IMG/VR virus record: IMGVR_UViG_2563366803_000003
Source: a virus
Lineage: Duplodnaviria > Heunggongvirae > Uroviricota > Caudoviricetes
Reading direction: 5' to 3' (one strand)
DNA: 17,828 nucleotides
The translations under genes were made by a program, and so were the position numbers. This document shows positions 1 through 8,516 of the stretch, one piece after another. The first letter of the stretch is position 1, and the number at the start of each line of letters is the position of its first letter. The notes beneath the pieces are model-generated. The model was not told the origin of the DNA. It ran no database searches and saw nothing but the letters and a program-made list of their open reading frames with translations.

Positions 1-504
1 TTATTGATAGTGTTTTATGTTCAGATAATGCCCGATGACTTTGTCATGCAGCTCCACCGATTTTGAAAACGACAGCGACTTCCGTCCCAGCCGTGCCAGG
101 TGCTGCCTCAGATTCAGGTTATGCCGCTCAATTCGCTGCGTATATCGCTTGCTGATTACGTGCAGCTTTCCCTTCAGGCGGGATTCATACAGCGGCCAGC
201 CATCCGTCATCCATATCACCACGTCAAAGGGTGACAGCAGGCTCATAAGACGCCCCAGCGTCGCCATAGTGCGTTCACCGAATACGTGCGCAACAACCGT
301 CTTCCGGAGCCTGTCATACGCGTAAAACAGCCAGCGCTGGCGCGATTTAGCCCCGACATAGCCCCACTGTTCGTCCATTTCCGCGCAGACGATGACGTCA
401 CTGCCCGGCTGTATGTGCGAGGTTACCGACTGCGGCCTGAGTTTTTTAAGTGACGTAAAATCGTGTTGAGGCCAACGCCCATAATGCGGGCTGTTGCCCG
501 GCAT
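1..504 (-). CDS. insB: IS1 InsB (167 aa) transposase catalytic part, expressed as InsAB' by -1 frameshift
   Basis: Translation [25 protein letters not shown]... matches IS1 InsB as recalled. Confidence 0.95.
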
Positions 505-698
505 CCAACGCCATTCATGGCCATATCAATGATTTTCTGGTGCGTACCGGGTTGAGAAGCGGTGTAAGTGAACTGCAGTTGCCATGTTTTACGGCAGTGA
601 GAGCAGAGATAGCGCTGATGTCCGGCGGTGCTTTTGCCGTTACGCACCACCCCGTCAGTAGCTGAACAGGAGGGACAGCTGATAGAAACAGAAGCCAC
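423..698 (-). CDS. insA: IS1 InsA (91 aa, Cys4 zinc-finger/HTH transposition regulator)
   Basis: Translation [22 protein letters not shown]... matches IS1 InsA as recalled; A6C slippery site (gttttttaa on + strand near 442-450) precedes insB. Confidence 0.95.
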
Positions 699-753
699 TG
701 GAGCACCTCAAAAACACCATCATACACTAAATCAGTAAGTTGGCAGCATCACC

Positions 754-1236
754 CAGATAACGTAATATGGTCACTTCACGATTAGATAGCACAGTGACCG
801 TTGAACTATTCGTACTACATTTATTGCTTTTTATATAGTTAAGCGTTTCGCTGGGAAAAAACGTGTATCCGGAGAGGATCATCTGAACGGCATGAAAAAT
901 ATCATTCTGATCATTGCATTTACTGACAAAACCGTTAGCACCAGCTTGTATCGCTCTGCCAGCATAAAAGCATTCTGATTTCGATGATAAAAATAACACT
1001 TTCACTGTGCTCTGGATTTGTTTGATCCTTTTCAGGAAGGTAAAACCGTCTGTTCCGGGCAAGTCTATATCCATAATGATTAAATCAACAGGACGGGTTC
1101 GGAGATAATCGATGGTTATGCGGTAATCATCCGTTTTCAGGACAATCTGCAATTCACTGTTTTTTTGCAACAGAACTTCAATAGACATTCTGATGATAGG
1201 ATGAGTATCCATAATGATCACCGACGTTGGTTTCAT
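754..1236 (-). pseudogene. fimZ: fimZ (LuxR-family response regulator of fimbrial genes), 3' end interrupted by IS1; C-terminal HTH domain missing
   Basis: ORF MKPTSVIIMDTHPIIRMSIEVLLQKNSELQIVLKTDDYRI... receiver domain; reading frame runs into the IS1 terminus at 753 and ends with IS1-encoded residues GDAANLLI; fimZ is the known neighbour of argU. Confidence 0.85.
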
Positions 1237-1419
1237 AGTTACCAGTCTCATAGGAGCGGACAATTTTCCGTTAGGGCGGTAAATTGTACTTTGATACATG
1301 AAAATACGGGTTTTCTTGATTCAGACGCGCAGCGGTGTGCGTTTGTTTGCCGCTATAGCGAAATAAATCAGAAAATCAGACGCGGTCGTTCACTTGTTCA
1401 GCAACCAGATCAAAAGCCA

Positions 1420-1447
1420 TTGACTCAGCAAGGGTTGACCGTATAAT
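1420..1447 (+). promoter_or_regulatory. Probable sigma70 promoter of argU: -35 TTGACT (1420-1425), 16-bp spacer, -10 TATAAT (1442-1447)
   Basis: Near-consensus hexamers about 30 nt upstream of the tRNA 5' end. Confidence 0.6.
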
Positions 1448-1478
1448 TCATGCGATTACACCGCATTGCGGTATCAAC

Positions 1479-1555
1479 GCGCCCTTAGCTCAGTTGGATA
1501 GAGCAACGACCTTCTAAGTCGTGGGCCGCAGGTTCGAATCCTGCAGGGCGCGCCA
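1479..1555 (+). tRNA. argU: tRNA-Arg (anticodon UCU), 77 nt, ends CCA
   Basis: Cloverleaf sequence GCGCCCTTAGCTCAGTTGGATAGAGCAACGACCTTCTAAGTCGTGGGCCGCAGGTTCGAATCCTGCAGGGCGCGCCA; anticodon loop CT-TCT-AA; known DLP12 attachment tRNA. Confidence 0.95.
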
Positions 1556-1570
1556 TTACAATTCAATCAG

Positions 1571-2734
1571 TTACGCCTTCTTTATATCCTCCATAATTCC
1601 AGAGTGGGACATATTTGGGACATTATCACCAAAAATGTCGTCTATTTTCCTCGCATGCTCTGTCAAATGATTAGGCGCAAGGTGAGCATACCTACGAACC
1701 ATTTCTATGGACTCCCATCCGCCCATTTCCTGAAGCACTGATAATGGGACGCCTGACTGAATCAGCCAGCTTGCCCAGGTGTGTCTGAGGTCATGGAAAC
1801 GGAAATCTTCAATTCCTGCACGACGACAAGCTGATAGCCATGATGTCTTGCTGTCGATGCGCATCTTCCTGACCGCAGGCGTTGATGTTCCATCTGCTCG
1901 CTTAGCCGCCTTGGTATGTACAAACACCCATTTGTGATGCTTGCCTATTTGATCACGCAACACTTTACAGGCGGTATCGTTCAGCGCCACACCAATGGCG
2001 CGGTTTGATTTGCTCTCTTCTGGATTCACCCAGGCAACTCGTCGCTGCATGTCGATTTGTTGCCATTCCAGATTTATGATGTTCGACTTTCTCAGACCAG
2101 TTGCCAGCGCAAACTTGACGACAGATTTCAGTGGTTCGGGGCACTCATCAATAAGGCGTTTTGCTTCCTCCTTTTCCAGCCATCTGACTCGCTTGTTTCT
2201 GACCGCTGGTATCTTGATGACAGGCGCTTTTTCCAGCCACTTCCAGTCGCGTTCTGCAGCACGGAGAATGGCCTTTATCATGGCAAGATGCTTTGCCTTT
2301 GTCTGAGTTGATACTGGCTTTGGTTCATAAACAGGCAGTTCTTTACCTTTCCTGATGGCGGCCTGAACTTTCTGTTTCCATATTTCTTTCGTCTTTCTGT
2401 TATGCATTCTGCTTACAGCAGAGTAAATCTTTGCCTCCGAGATATCTTTAAGCCTTATACCCTCAAAATGTTCAAGCCAGAACTCAATCCGGCTTTTATC
2501 TGAATCGAGAGATTTTTTATCAGCTTTTTCCTCAAGCCATCTTAGGCAGGCCTCTTCAAAAGTGACATCAGGTAAATCCCCTAGCTTTTCTACTCGCCAG
2601 AGTTCTGCTTTTCGCTTGTCGTGCAACTCCTGAGCTTGCCGCTTGTCCTTTGTGCCAAGAGATTCCTTAATTCGTTTCCCGCCCGGGAGCGAATACGAGG
2701 CATACCATATTTCATTTCTGCGGAAGAGTGACAT
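1571..2734 (-). CDS. intD: Prophage tyrosine integrase (DLP12 IntD-like, 387 aa)
   Basis: C-terminal catalytic region with [10 protein letters not shown]... and ...VRRYAHL motifs (R-H-R-Y family); positioned 16 nt from the 3' end of argU. Confidence 0.93.
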   Translation of the reverse strand: MSLFRRNEIWYASYSLPGGKRIKESLGTKDKRQAQELHDKRKAELWRVEKLGDLPDVTFEEACLRWLEEKADKKSLDSDKSRIEFWLEHFEGIRLKDISEAKIYSAVSRMHNRKTKEIWKQKVQAAIRKGKELPVYEPKPVSTQTKAKHLAMIKAILRAAERDWKWLEKAPVIKIPAVRNKRVRWLEKEEAKRLIDECPEPLKSVVKFALATGLRKSNIINLEWQQIDMQRRVAWVNPEESKSNRAIGVALNDTACKVLRDQIGKHHKWVFVHTKAAKRADGTSTPAVRKMRIDSKTSWLSACRRAGIEDFRFHDLRHTWASWLIQSGVPLSVLQEMGGWESIEMVRRYAHLAPNHLTEHARKIDDIFGDNVPNMSHSGIMEDIKKA

Positions 2735-2961
2735 TTTCTTTCCTCTGTTATGCCATCACCCGCGCTCACCTGGACAGTATGCAGCGGAGACTGAAGCGCC
2801 GCAATGCAGGCTTGCCGTGTTGTGAGGTAAGGAGATTTTGGCTTGGTTGGATCTTTACGTGTTGCCTGTAGGCGGCCTGTTCGTATCCAGTTGGTGGCGG
2901 TTGGTCTGGATATCTTAAGAAACTGACAGGCCTCATCGAGTGTGAGGCTGTATGATTCCAT
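2590..2961 (-). CDS. xis: Excisionase-like HTH protein (Xis), about 123 aa, overlapping the 5' end of int in another frame
   Basis: Start ATG at 2961 preceded by GAGGT SD; N-terminal [29 protein letters not shown] typical of excisionase/AlpA-type proteins; position upstream of int. Confidence 0.6.
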   Translation of the reverse strand: MESYSLTLDEACQFLKISRPTATNWIRTGRLQATRKDPTKPKSPYLTTRQACIAALQSPLHTVQVSAGDGITEERKCHSSAEMKYGMPRIRSRAGNELRNLLAQRTSGKLRSCTTSEKQNSGE

Positions 2962-3211
2962 GGTTACCTCTGCTTTTTGAACGCATGTCACGTAACTTCT
3001 TAATGTGTTCTGCCGTTTCGATCTCTTCTGCTATCCGATCTGCATCAGCTTTATTCACAGGTTCAAAGTCATGATTAAAGCGGAACATGCTGGCGATACA
3101 TGTTCTGCCTTTTCGGATGTAGTGAACTTTGTTGTGGGTAGAACGCAGGATTTTGCAGGGAGTGCCGTGGTGGTCGACGTACCAGGTGTTAGGAAAAATG
3201 ATTCTGAACAT
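2933..3211 (-). CDS. Small Cys/His-containing phage protein (92 aa), possibly lambda Ea8.5-like by size and position next to xis
   Basis: ORF with GAGGTG SD 6 nt upstream of ATG at 3211; contains HH..C...H..H...C pattern; lambda Ea8.5 is 93 aa and lies next to xis. Confidence 0.4.
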   Translation of the reverse strand: MFRIIFPNTWYVDHHGTPCKILRSTHNKVHYIRKGRTCIASMFRFNHDFEPVNKADADRIAEEIETAEHIKKLRDMRSKSRGNHGIIQPHTR

Positions 3212-3258
3212 TTTTACACCTCAGTTGGACGATGTTGAAATTTGCTGCTTTGAGGCCA

Positions 3259-3477
3259 TCACAGTCCCCATTGTTTGTTCTTAAGTTCGATCTCCTCCTG
3301 GCAACTTGCACAAGTCCGACAACCCTGAACAGCCAGGCGTCTTCGCTCATCTATCGGATCGCCACACTCACAACAATGAGTTGCGGATACAGTCTGGTAG
3401 TTCTGACGACGCATTTTTATTGCTGTATTGCGCTGTAATTCTTCGATTTCTGATGCTGAATCAATGATGTCTGCCAT
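3259..3477 (-). CDS. TraR/DksA-family C4 zinc-finger protein (72 aa)
   Basis: CxxC-x17-CxxC signature (CCECGDPIDERRRLAVQGCRTCASC) typical of phage TraR/DksA-like proteins. Confidence 0.65.
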   Translation of the reverse strand: MADIIDSASEIEELQRNTAIKMRRQNYQTVSATHCCECGDPIDERRRLAVQGCRTCASCQEEIELKNKQWGL

Positions 3478-3529
3478 CTTCCATTAATCCCTGAATTGTT
3501 GGTTAATACGCTTGAGGATGAATGCGAAT

Positions 3530-3556
3530 AATAAAAAAGGAGCCTGTAGCTCCCTG
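3530..3556 (-). terminator. Possible rho-independent terminator (short GC stem ggagc/gctcc followed by T6 on minus strand)
   Basis: Hairpin 3539-3553 with A-tract 3533-3538 on + strand (= T-tract on minus), 20 nt downstream of the 3576 stop. Confidence 0.35.
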
Positions 3557-3575
3557 ATGATTTTGCTTTTCATGT

Positions 3576-3857
3576 TCATCGCTCCTTAAAGACGCCGTTT
3601 AACATGCCGATCGCCAGACTTAAATGAGTCGGTGTGAATCCCATCAGCGTTACCGTTTCGCGGTGCTTCTTCAGTACGCTACGGCAAATGTCATCGACGT
3701 TTTTATCCGGAAACTGCTGTCTGGCTTTTTTGATTTCAGAGTTAGCCTGACGGGCAATGCTGCGAAGGGCGTTTTCTTGCTGAGGTGTCATTGAACAAGT
3801 CCCATGTCGGCAAGCATAAGCACACAGAATATGAAGCCCGCTGCCAGAAAAATGCAT
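3576..3857 (-). CDS. Hypothetical lambdoid b-region protein (93 aa; alternative start at 3791 gives 72 aa)
   Basis: ORF in the minus-strand early-left gene string between xis and exo; no recognisable motif. Confidence 0.4.
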   Translation of the reverse strand: MHFSGSGLHILCAYACRHGTCSMTPQQENALRSIARQANSEIKKARQQFPDKNVDDICRSVLKKHRETVTLMGFTPTHLSLAIGMLNGVFKER

Positions 3858-3867
3858 TCAGTGGTTG

Positions 3868-4059
3868 TCATACCTGGTCTCTCTCATCTGCTTCTGCTTT
3901 CGCCACCATCATTTCCAGCTTTTGTGAAAAGGATGCGGCTAACGTATGAAATTCTTCGTCTGTTTCTACTGGTATTGGCACAAACCTGACTCCAATTTGA
4001 GCGAGGCTATGTGCCATCTCGATACTCGTTCTTAACTCAACGGGAGATGCTTTGTGCAT
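3868..4059 (-). CDS. Small lambdoid early protein, 63 aa (lambda orf63-like by size and position)
   Basis: GGGAG SD upstream of ATG at 4059; same orientation and tight packing with exo-proximal genes. Confidence 0.45.
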   Translation of the reverse strand: MHKASPVELRTSIEMAHSLAQIGVRFVPIPVETDEEFHTLAASFSQKLEMMVAKAEADERDQV

Positions 4060-4220
4060 ACAGCTCCCCGTTTATTATTTATCTCCTCAGCCAGCCGCTG
4101 TGCTTTCAGTGGATTTCTGATAACAGAAAGGCCGGGAAATACCCAGCCTCGCTTTGTAATGGAGTAGACGAAAGTGATCGCGCCTACCCGGATATTATCG
4201 TGAGGATGCGTCATCGCCAT
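4032..4220 (-). CDS. Small lambdoid early protein, 62 aa (lambda orf60a-like by position immediately upstream of exo)
   Basis: ORF overlapping exo start region; GGGGAG upstream of ATG at 4220. Confidence 0.45.
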   Translation of the reverse strand: MAMTHPHDNIRVGAITFVYSITKRGWVFPGLSVIRNPLKAQRLAEEINNKRGAVCTKHLPLS

Positions 4221-4891
4221 TGCTCCCCAAATACAAAACCAATTTCAGCCAGTGCCTCGTCCATTTTTTCGATGAACTCCGGCACCATCTCGTCAAAACT
4301 CGCCATGTACTTTTCATTCCGCTCAATCACGACATAATGCAGGCCTTCACGCTTCATGCGCGGGTCATAGTTGGCAAAGTACCAGGCATCTTTTCGCGTC
4401 ACCCACATGCTGTACTGCACCTGGGCCATGTAAGCCGATTTTATTGCCTCGAAACCACCGAGCCGGAATTTCATGAAATCCCGGGAGGTAAACGGGCATT
4501 TCAGTTCAAGGCCGTTGCCGTCACTGCATAAACCATCGGGAGAGCAGGCGGTGCGCATACTTTCGTCGCGATAGATGATCGGGGATTCAGCAATATTCAC
4601 GCCGGAAGTGAATTCAAACAGGGTTCTGGCGTCGTTCTCGTACTGTTTTCCCCAGGCCAGCGCCTTAGCATTAACTTCCGGAGCCACACCGGTGCAAACC
4701 TCAGCCAGCAGGGTGTGGAAGTAGGACATTTTCATGTCAGGCCACTTCTTTCCTGAGCGGGGCTTTGCTATCACGTTGTGAACTTCTGAAGCGGTGATGA
4801 CGCCGAGCCGTAATTTGTGCCATGCATCATCCCCCTGTTCGACAGCTCTCACGTCGATCCCGGTACGCTGCAGGATAATGTCCGGTATCAT
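4211..4891 (-). CDS. exo: Lambda-type 5'-3' exonuclease Exo (Red-alpha), 226 aa
   Basis: Translation [65 protein letters not shown]... is near-identical to lambda Exo as recalled; same length. Confidence 0.95.
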   Translation of the reverse strand: MIPDIILQRTGIDVRAVEQGDDAWHKLRLGVITASEVHNVIAKPRSGKKWPDMKMSYFHTLLAEVCTGVAPEVNAKALAWGKQYENDARTLFEFTSGVNIAESPIIYRDESMRTACSPDGLCSDGNGLELKCPFTSRDFMKFRLGGFEAIKSAYMAQVQYSMWVTRKDAWYFANYDPRMKREGLHYVVIERNEKYMASFDEMVPEFIEKMDEALAEIGFVFGEQWR

Positions 4892-5673
4892 GCTGCCACC
4901 TTCTGCTCAGTGGCTTTCTGTTTCAGGAATCCAAGAGCTTTCACTGCTTCGGCCTGTGTCATTTCTGACGATGCGCGAATGTCGCGGCGAAATATCTGGG
5001 AACAGAGCGGCAATAAGTCGTCATCCCATGTTTTATCCAGGGCGATCAGCAGAGTGTTAATCTCCTGCATGGTTTCATCGTTAACCGGAGTGATGTCGCG
5101 TTCTGGCTGACGTTCTGCAGTGTATGCAGTATTTTCGACAATGCGCTCGGCTTCATCCTTGTCATAGATACCAGCAAATCCGAAGGCCAGACGGGCACAC
5201 TGAATCATTGTTTTATGCCGTAACATCCGTTTGGGATGCGACTGCCACGGCCCCGTGATTTCTCTGCCTTCGCGGGTTTTGAATGGTTCGCGGCGGCATT
5301 CATCCATCCATTCGGTAACGCAGATCGGATGATTACGGTCCTTGCGGTAAATCCGGCATGTACAGGATTCATTGTCCTGCTCAAAGTCCATGCCATCAAA
5401 CTGCTGGTTTTCATTGATGATGCGGGACCAGCCATCAACGCCCACCACCGGAACAATGCCGTTCTGCTTATCAGGGAAGGCGTAAATTTCTTTCGTCCAC
5501 GGATTAAGGCCGTACTGGTTGGCGACGATCAACAATGCGATGAACTGCGCATCGCTGGCATCACCTTTAAATGCCGTCTGGCGAAGAGTGGTGATCAGTT
5601 CCTGTGGGTCGACAGAATCCATGCCGACACGTTCAGCCAGCTTCCCTGCCAGCGTTGCGAGTGCTGTACTCAT
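4888..5673 (-). CDS. bet: Lambda-type single-strand annealing protein Bet (Red-beta), 261 aa
   Basis: Translation [66 protein letters not shown]... matches lambda Bet; ATGA overlap with exo as in lambda. Confidence 0.95.
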   Translation of the reverse strand: MSTALATLAGKLAERVGMDSVDPQELITTLRQTAFKGDASDAQFIALLIVANQYGLNPWTKEIYAFPDKQNGIVPVVGVDGWSRIINENQQFDGMDFEQDNESCTCRIYRKDRNHPICVTEWMDECRREPFKTREGREITGPWQSHPKRMLRHKTMIQCARLAFGFAGIYDKDEAERIVENTAYTAERQPERDITPVNDETMQEINTLLIALDKTWDDDLLPLCSQIFRRDIRASSEMTQAEAVKALGFLKQKATEQKVAA

Positions 5674-5678
5674 CCGTT

Positions 5679-5975
5679 TTATACCTCTGAATCAATATCA
5701 ACCTGGTGGTGAGCAATGGTTTCAACCATGTACCGGATGTGTTCTGCCATGCGCTCCTGAAACTCAACATCGTCATCAAACGCACGGGTAATGGCTTTTT
5801 TGCTGGCCCCGCAGCGTTGCAAATGATCGATGCAGAGTGATTCAAACAGGTGCTGTGGAAGACCTTTTTCCATGTCGTCTGCCAGTTCTGACTCTTTCTC
5901 TTCACGGGCGATCTGCTGGTAGTGACGTGCCCAGCTCAGACCCTCAAGACGATCCTGAATGTAATAAGCGTTCAT
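5679..5975 (-). CDS. gam: Lambda Gam (RecBCD inhibitor), 98-aa GamS-length form
   Basis: Translation [56 protein letters not shown]... matches lambda Gam. Confidence 0.93.
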   Translation of the reverse strand: MNAYYIQDRLEGLSWARHYQQIAREEKESELADDMEKGLPQHLFESLCIDHLQRCGASKKAITRAFDDDVEFQERMAEHIRYMVETIAHHQVDIDSEV

Positions 5976-6050
5976 GGCTGAACTCCTGAAAATGGCTGTG
6001 AAAATATCGCCCGCGAAATGCCAGGCTGATTAGGAAAACAGGAAAGGGGA

Positions 6051-6257
6051 TTAGTGATTCAGGCCATTACCGCGTCCGTCGAAAAAAACTTCCACGAGCA
6101 AATCACGGGTATAAGTGCGCTCGATGCCGCGATGCAGATATAGCCGTCCGCGTAAATTAGCTGATGCAGTCCAGGTACCATCTTTGTGTTTGACCAGCAT
6201 TCCTGGCATGACCGCACCTCGATTAACGGTCTGCGTTCCGTAATGTTGATGAACCAT
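6051..6257 (-). CDS. Small early-left protein (68 aa from ATG at 6257 with AGGAG SD), possibly Kil-like host division inhibitor by position next to gam; in-frame upstream extension to 6461 is Arg-rich
   Basis: Strong SD (AGGAGTTTTT-ATG) at the internal start; first ORF downstream of the predicted pL; function assigned by synteny only. Confidence 0.4.
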   Translation of the reverse strand: MVHQHYGTQTVNRGAVMPGMLVKHKDGTWTASANLRGRLYLHRGIERTYTRDLLVEVFFDGRGNGLNH

Positions 6258-6529
6258 AAAAACTCCTGCCCGTAAGCTGGGCTGCTGAACATATAGAGAC
6301 TTCTGCGCGTATTCAGGCGGTGGATGGCCGCCGGTTGTCATAACTAAGCCGCCTCGTTGAAGCGACTGAGGTATGAGGTGTTGAGTTGATTTCAGCTGGT
6401 CACACCGACGTTCACGCGTCCGTTTCACCCCTCGCACTCCCCGGAGCCTGCCGAAATTCAAGCTGCGGATCTAAGCGGTCATCGCAACGGTGAATCAGGT
6501 GGTTGCCGTATCGTTGTGTTGTTGCGACA

Positions 6530-6600
6530 TGGTGATAATAGCTATTGCTATTGGTGGTATCAATACTTATTGCTATTGATTGATGTGTTTTGATATTAAC
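6530..6600 (-). promoter_or_regulatory. Predicted pL/oL: minus-strand -35 TTGATA (+ coords 6558-6563) and -10 TATTAT (6535-6540) with 17-bp spacer, overlapped by repeated GCTATTG operator-like motifs
   Basis: Hexamers and spacing read directly; motif TTGCTATTG (6545-6553, 6570-6578) is shared with the cI-cro intergenic region. Confidence 0.4.
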
Positions 6601-6712
6601 TGTTTGATAGCAAAAAGAATTAATTTTGTGACTTGCATCGCATAGCGATAACTGAAGGGAGGTTGTGGTGGTTTTTCGAACGGTTTGTGTGATGAGGGGA
6701 GGGGACAAAAGA

Positions 6713-6745
6713 AAACCCGGCACGGTGGCCGGGACGTTTTATTTC
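6713..6745. terminator. Bidirectional rho-independent terminator (stem cccggc...gccggg, flanked by T-runs on both strands); likely end of the cI operon (tImm-like)
   Basis: aaaacccggcacggtggccgggacgttttatttc immediately after the stop of the 6739-7251 gene. Confidence 0.65.
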
Positions 6746-7251
6746 AAAGAAAAATTATGACTAGCGTATCTTGGAAGAAATTCATATAGTGTTAATGTCT
6801 TAACGCCGTGAGAAGCAGCAGCATCCGGGATCATTATTCTTTTTTTAGGTTTGCCACCGGATGGTTTCTCATGGGTAATAATAGTATATCCATGTGTCAT
6901 CGCATGGGCTATTAAAAAAGCATCTGCTTTTTCATGGCTTGCAAAATCAAACTTTGCCTTTTCGGTAACATCTAATTTAGTTGACCAATTTATTAACTTT
7001 GCATAATTTTCTATTGAACTATGCTCATCTTCGAAGAATGATGATGGTAACTCTTCTTTAATCCATTTACACAATGGATCATCTTTTGCACATAGTTCTT
7101 TTTTTACAGCATTAATGCTATAAATCAGACCATTCATGTGTAAAGCGAGAAGAAAATCCCAAAATATTTTGCAATAATTGAAGTTATATGCAAAGTTTTT
7201 TGCCTCTATGAAGACATTACTATCAATTAAGAATTTTCCATTATGAATCAT
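6739..7251 (-). CDS. DUF4411-type PIN-like putative nuclease (170 aa); candidate effector of a two-gene defense/toxin module
   Basis: Size, N-terminal FLIDSNVFI strand with conserved Asp and later acidic residues fit a PIN-like fold; ATGA start/stop overlap with upstream metallopeptidase gene; AT-rich composition. Confidence 0.6.
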   Translation of the reverse strand: MIHNGKFLIDSNVFIEAKNFAYNFNYCKIFWDFLLALHMNGLIYSINAVKKELCAKDDPLCKWIKEELPSSFFEDEHSSIENYAKLINWSTKLDVTEKAKFDFASHEKADAFLIAHAMTHGYTIITHEKPSGGKPKKRIMIPDAAASHGVKTLTLYEFLPRYASHNFSLK

Positions 7252-8387
7252 AGAGATTCTCGTTTTTTATAAAATTCAACAACTGTATCTGCTTTTACAT
7301 TTAGCAGTACGCCTGCTTCCCTTAATGGTAATTGTTGAGACATTGCTTTGGAAATTATTATATTCGTAAGTTTTGGACTGTTACGAACAGGTAATGTGTT
7401 AAAGAAAGAACCACCATTAGATTCTTTTTTGGGCTTATTGTAAGCTTGATCTTTAATTATCTCCAAAGTGTTTCTTTCTATCAAATCTAATTGTAACGCT
7501 TTGATTGCACAAGCGAAATCACTAACCTTAAATAACTTAGAAACCTCTTTTACTCGATAATAATTATTATCGCTGGATGCATTAAGCCAGAAAGATTTGA
7601 AGAGATTATCAGGCATTAAGATTTCAGCAGCAACTTTATTACAAAAAGATTCTATGTTTTTTTCTGTGTCCCACCCAGAGACTCCATCGACTCCAAGCCA
7701 AAGATGAGCCACCTCATGAAATAATGTAAATACCTGCGCAGATAACGCGTCCGAGCTATTTACAAAAATGATCGGAGCAACGCTATCAGATATACAGAAA
7801 CCACGAAACTCTCGCGTGTCAAGTTTTCTTTTATTATTATTACCCACAACACCATTCTTGAAAACTAATACGCCAGTGTCTTCTATTAGTTTTGCCACTT
7901 TAGAAAAATAGCTCTCAAAAGTGACATTTTTTATCTCTTTTTGTATATCAAAATGTATTGTGTTTGCTATGTCTGTAGCAACAACCTTATAATTTAATTT
8001 TCTATTAAATTTAAATTTACCAATAAAATCGAGTGGATCATCATTACCATTTTCTCTTAAATAGTCTTTGTACCACTCAAGTTTATATTCTATATCATAG
8101 TAAACATCAAAAAAATCTTTTCCTAACTCACGGCTATTTATAGCTTGCCTTAAGTCAGGGATCTTGGGTTTGGCTGGAGTTGGTGGCGTTTCAAGAAATA
8201 AAAAACCGAAAGGGATTCCTCCAATTTTTGCCAGTTTTTCTGCTGCGGATTTACTTACCACTCCGTTAAGAAATTTATTAATCTTTTTGGGCATGACTTG
8301 GTCAGCAAGAGTTTCGATAGAAACTCCTTGAGAATTTGCTATCCAATCAATCATCTTCCTAGACAATTGAAATTCAACCGCTGCCAT
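7248..8387 (-). CDS. HTH + ImmA/IrrE-family (COG2856/M78-like) zinc metallopeptidase, 379 aa
   Basis: HExxH motif in FTLFHEVAHLWLG; N-terminal HTH-like segment (IDWIANSQGVSIETLADQV); AGGTGA SD upstream of ATG at 8387; translationally coupled to DUF4411 gene. Confidence 0.7.
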   Translation of the reverse strand: MAAVEFQLSRKMIDWIANSQGVSIETLADQVMPKKINKFLNGVVSKSAAEKLAKIGGIPFGFLFLETPPTPAKPKIPDLRQAINSRELGKDFFDVYYDIEYKLEWYKDYLRENGNDDPLDFIGKFKFNRKLNYKVVATDIANTIHFDIQKEIKNVTFESYFSKVAKLIEDTGVLVFKNGVVGNNNKRKLDTREFRGFCISDSVAPIIFVNSSDALSAQVFTLFHEVAHLWLGVDGVSGWDTEKNIESFCNKVAAEILMPDNLFKSFWLNASSDNNYYRVKEVSKLFKVSDFACAIKALQLDLIERNTLEIIKDQAYNKPKKESNGGSFFNTLPVRNSPKLTNIIISKAMSQQLPLREAGVLLNVKADTVVEFYKKRESL

Positions 8388-8516
8388 GTTATCACCTAGT
8401 TAAAAAAAACTATTATTCAACAATTATTGTTGTGCACCTGATAGCTAACGTCAAGCCTAATTTATTGCCTTACTACAGTAAGCTGAAAAGCGAAGTGCAT
8501 AATTTTGTTCTGATTT

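Larger units (their letters stand above)
1..753 (-). mobile_element. IS1 copy A, truncated only by the window edge (window pos 1 = IS1 pos 16); right terminus ...ggtgatgctgccaacttactgatttagtgtatgatgg ends at 753
   Basis: insA and insB ORFs on minus strand; terminal inverted repeat at 721-753; whole element near-identical to second copy at 13625-14392. Confidence 0.96.

Noticed and set aside
35-325. 96-aa ORF on + strand inside IS1 (and its twin at 13674-13964)
   Set aside because: Lies antisense to insB entirely within IS1; no SD; known IS1 encodes only insA/insB on the other strand.
515-727. 70-aa minus-strand ORF overlapping insA (and twin at 14166-14366)
   Set aside because: Alternative frame across insA and the IS1 terminus; not a known IS1 product.
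1165-1446. 93-aa + strand ORF
   Set aside because: Antisense to fimZ and running into the argU promoter; no RBS; likely spurious.
1995-2311. Two + strand ORFs (103 and 84 aa)
   Set aside because: Both lie antisense within the integrase gene; typical shadow ORFs.
3540-3575. Possible 31-aa minus-strand small ORF (MNMKSKIIRELQ...) between 3576-gene and TraR-like gene
   Set aside because: Overlaps the predicted terminator hairpin and has no convincing SD; too short to support from sequence alone.
6059-6292. 77-aa minus-strand ORF overlapping the Kil-like gene in another frame
   Set aside because: No SD and overlaps a better-supported ORF with strong RBS.
6412-6723. 103-aa minus-strand ORF across the predicted pL/oL region
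   Set aside because: Low-complexity translation spanning promoter/operator repeats and terminator; starts within the terminator; more plausibly non-coding regulatory DNA.
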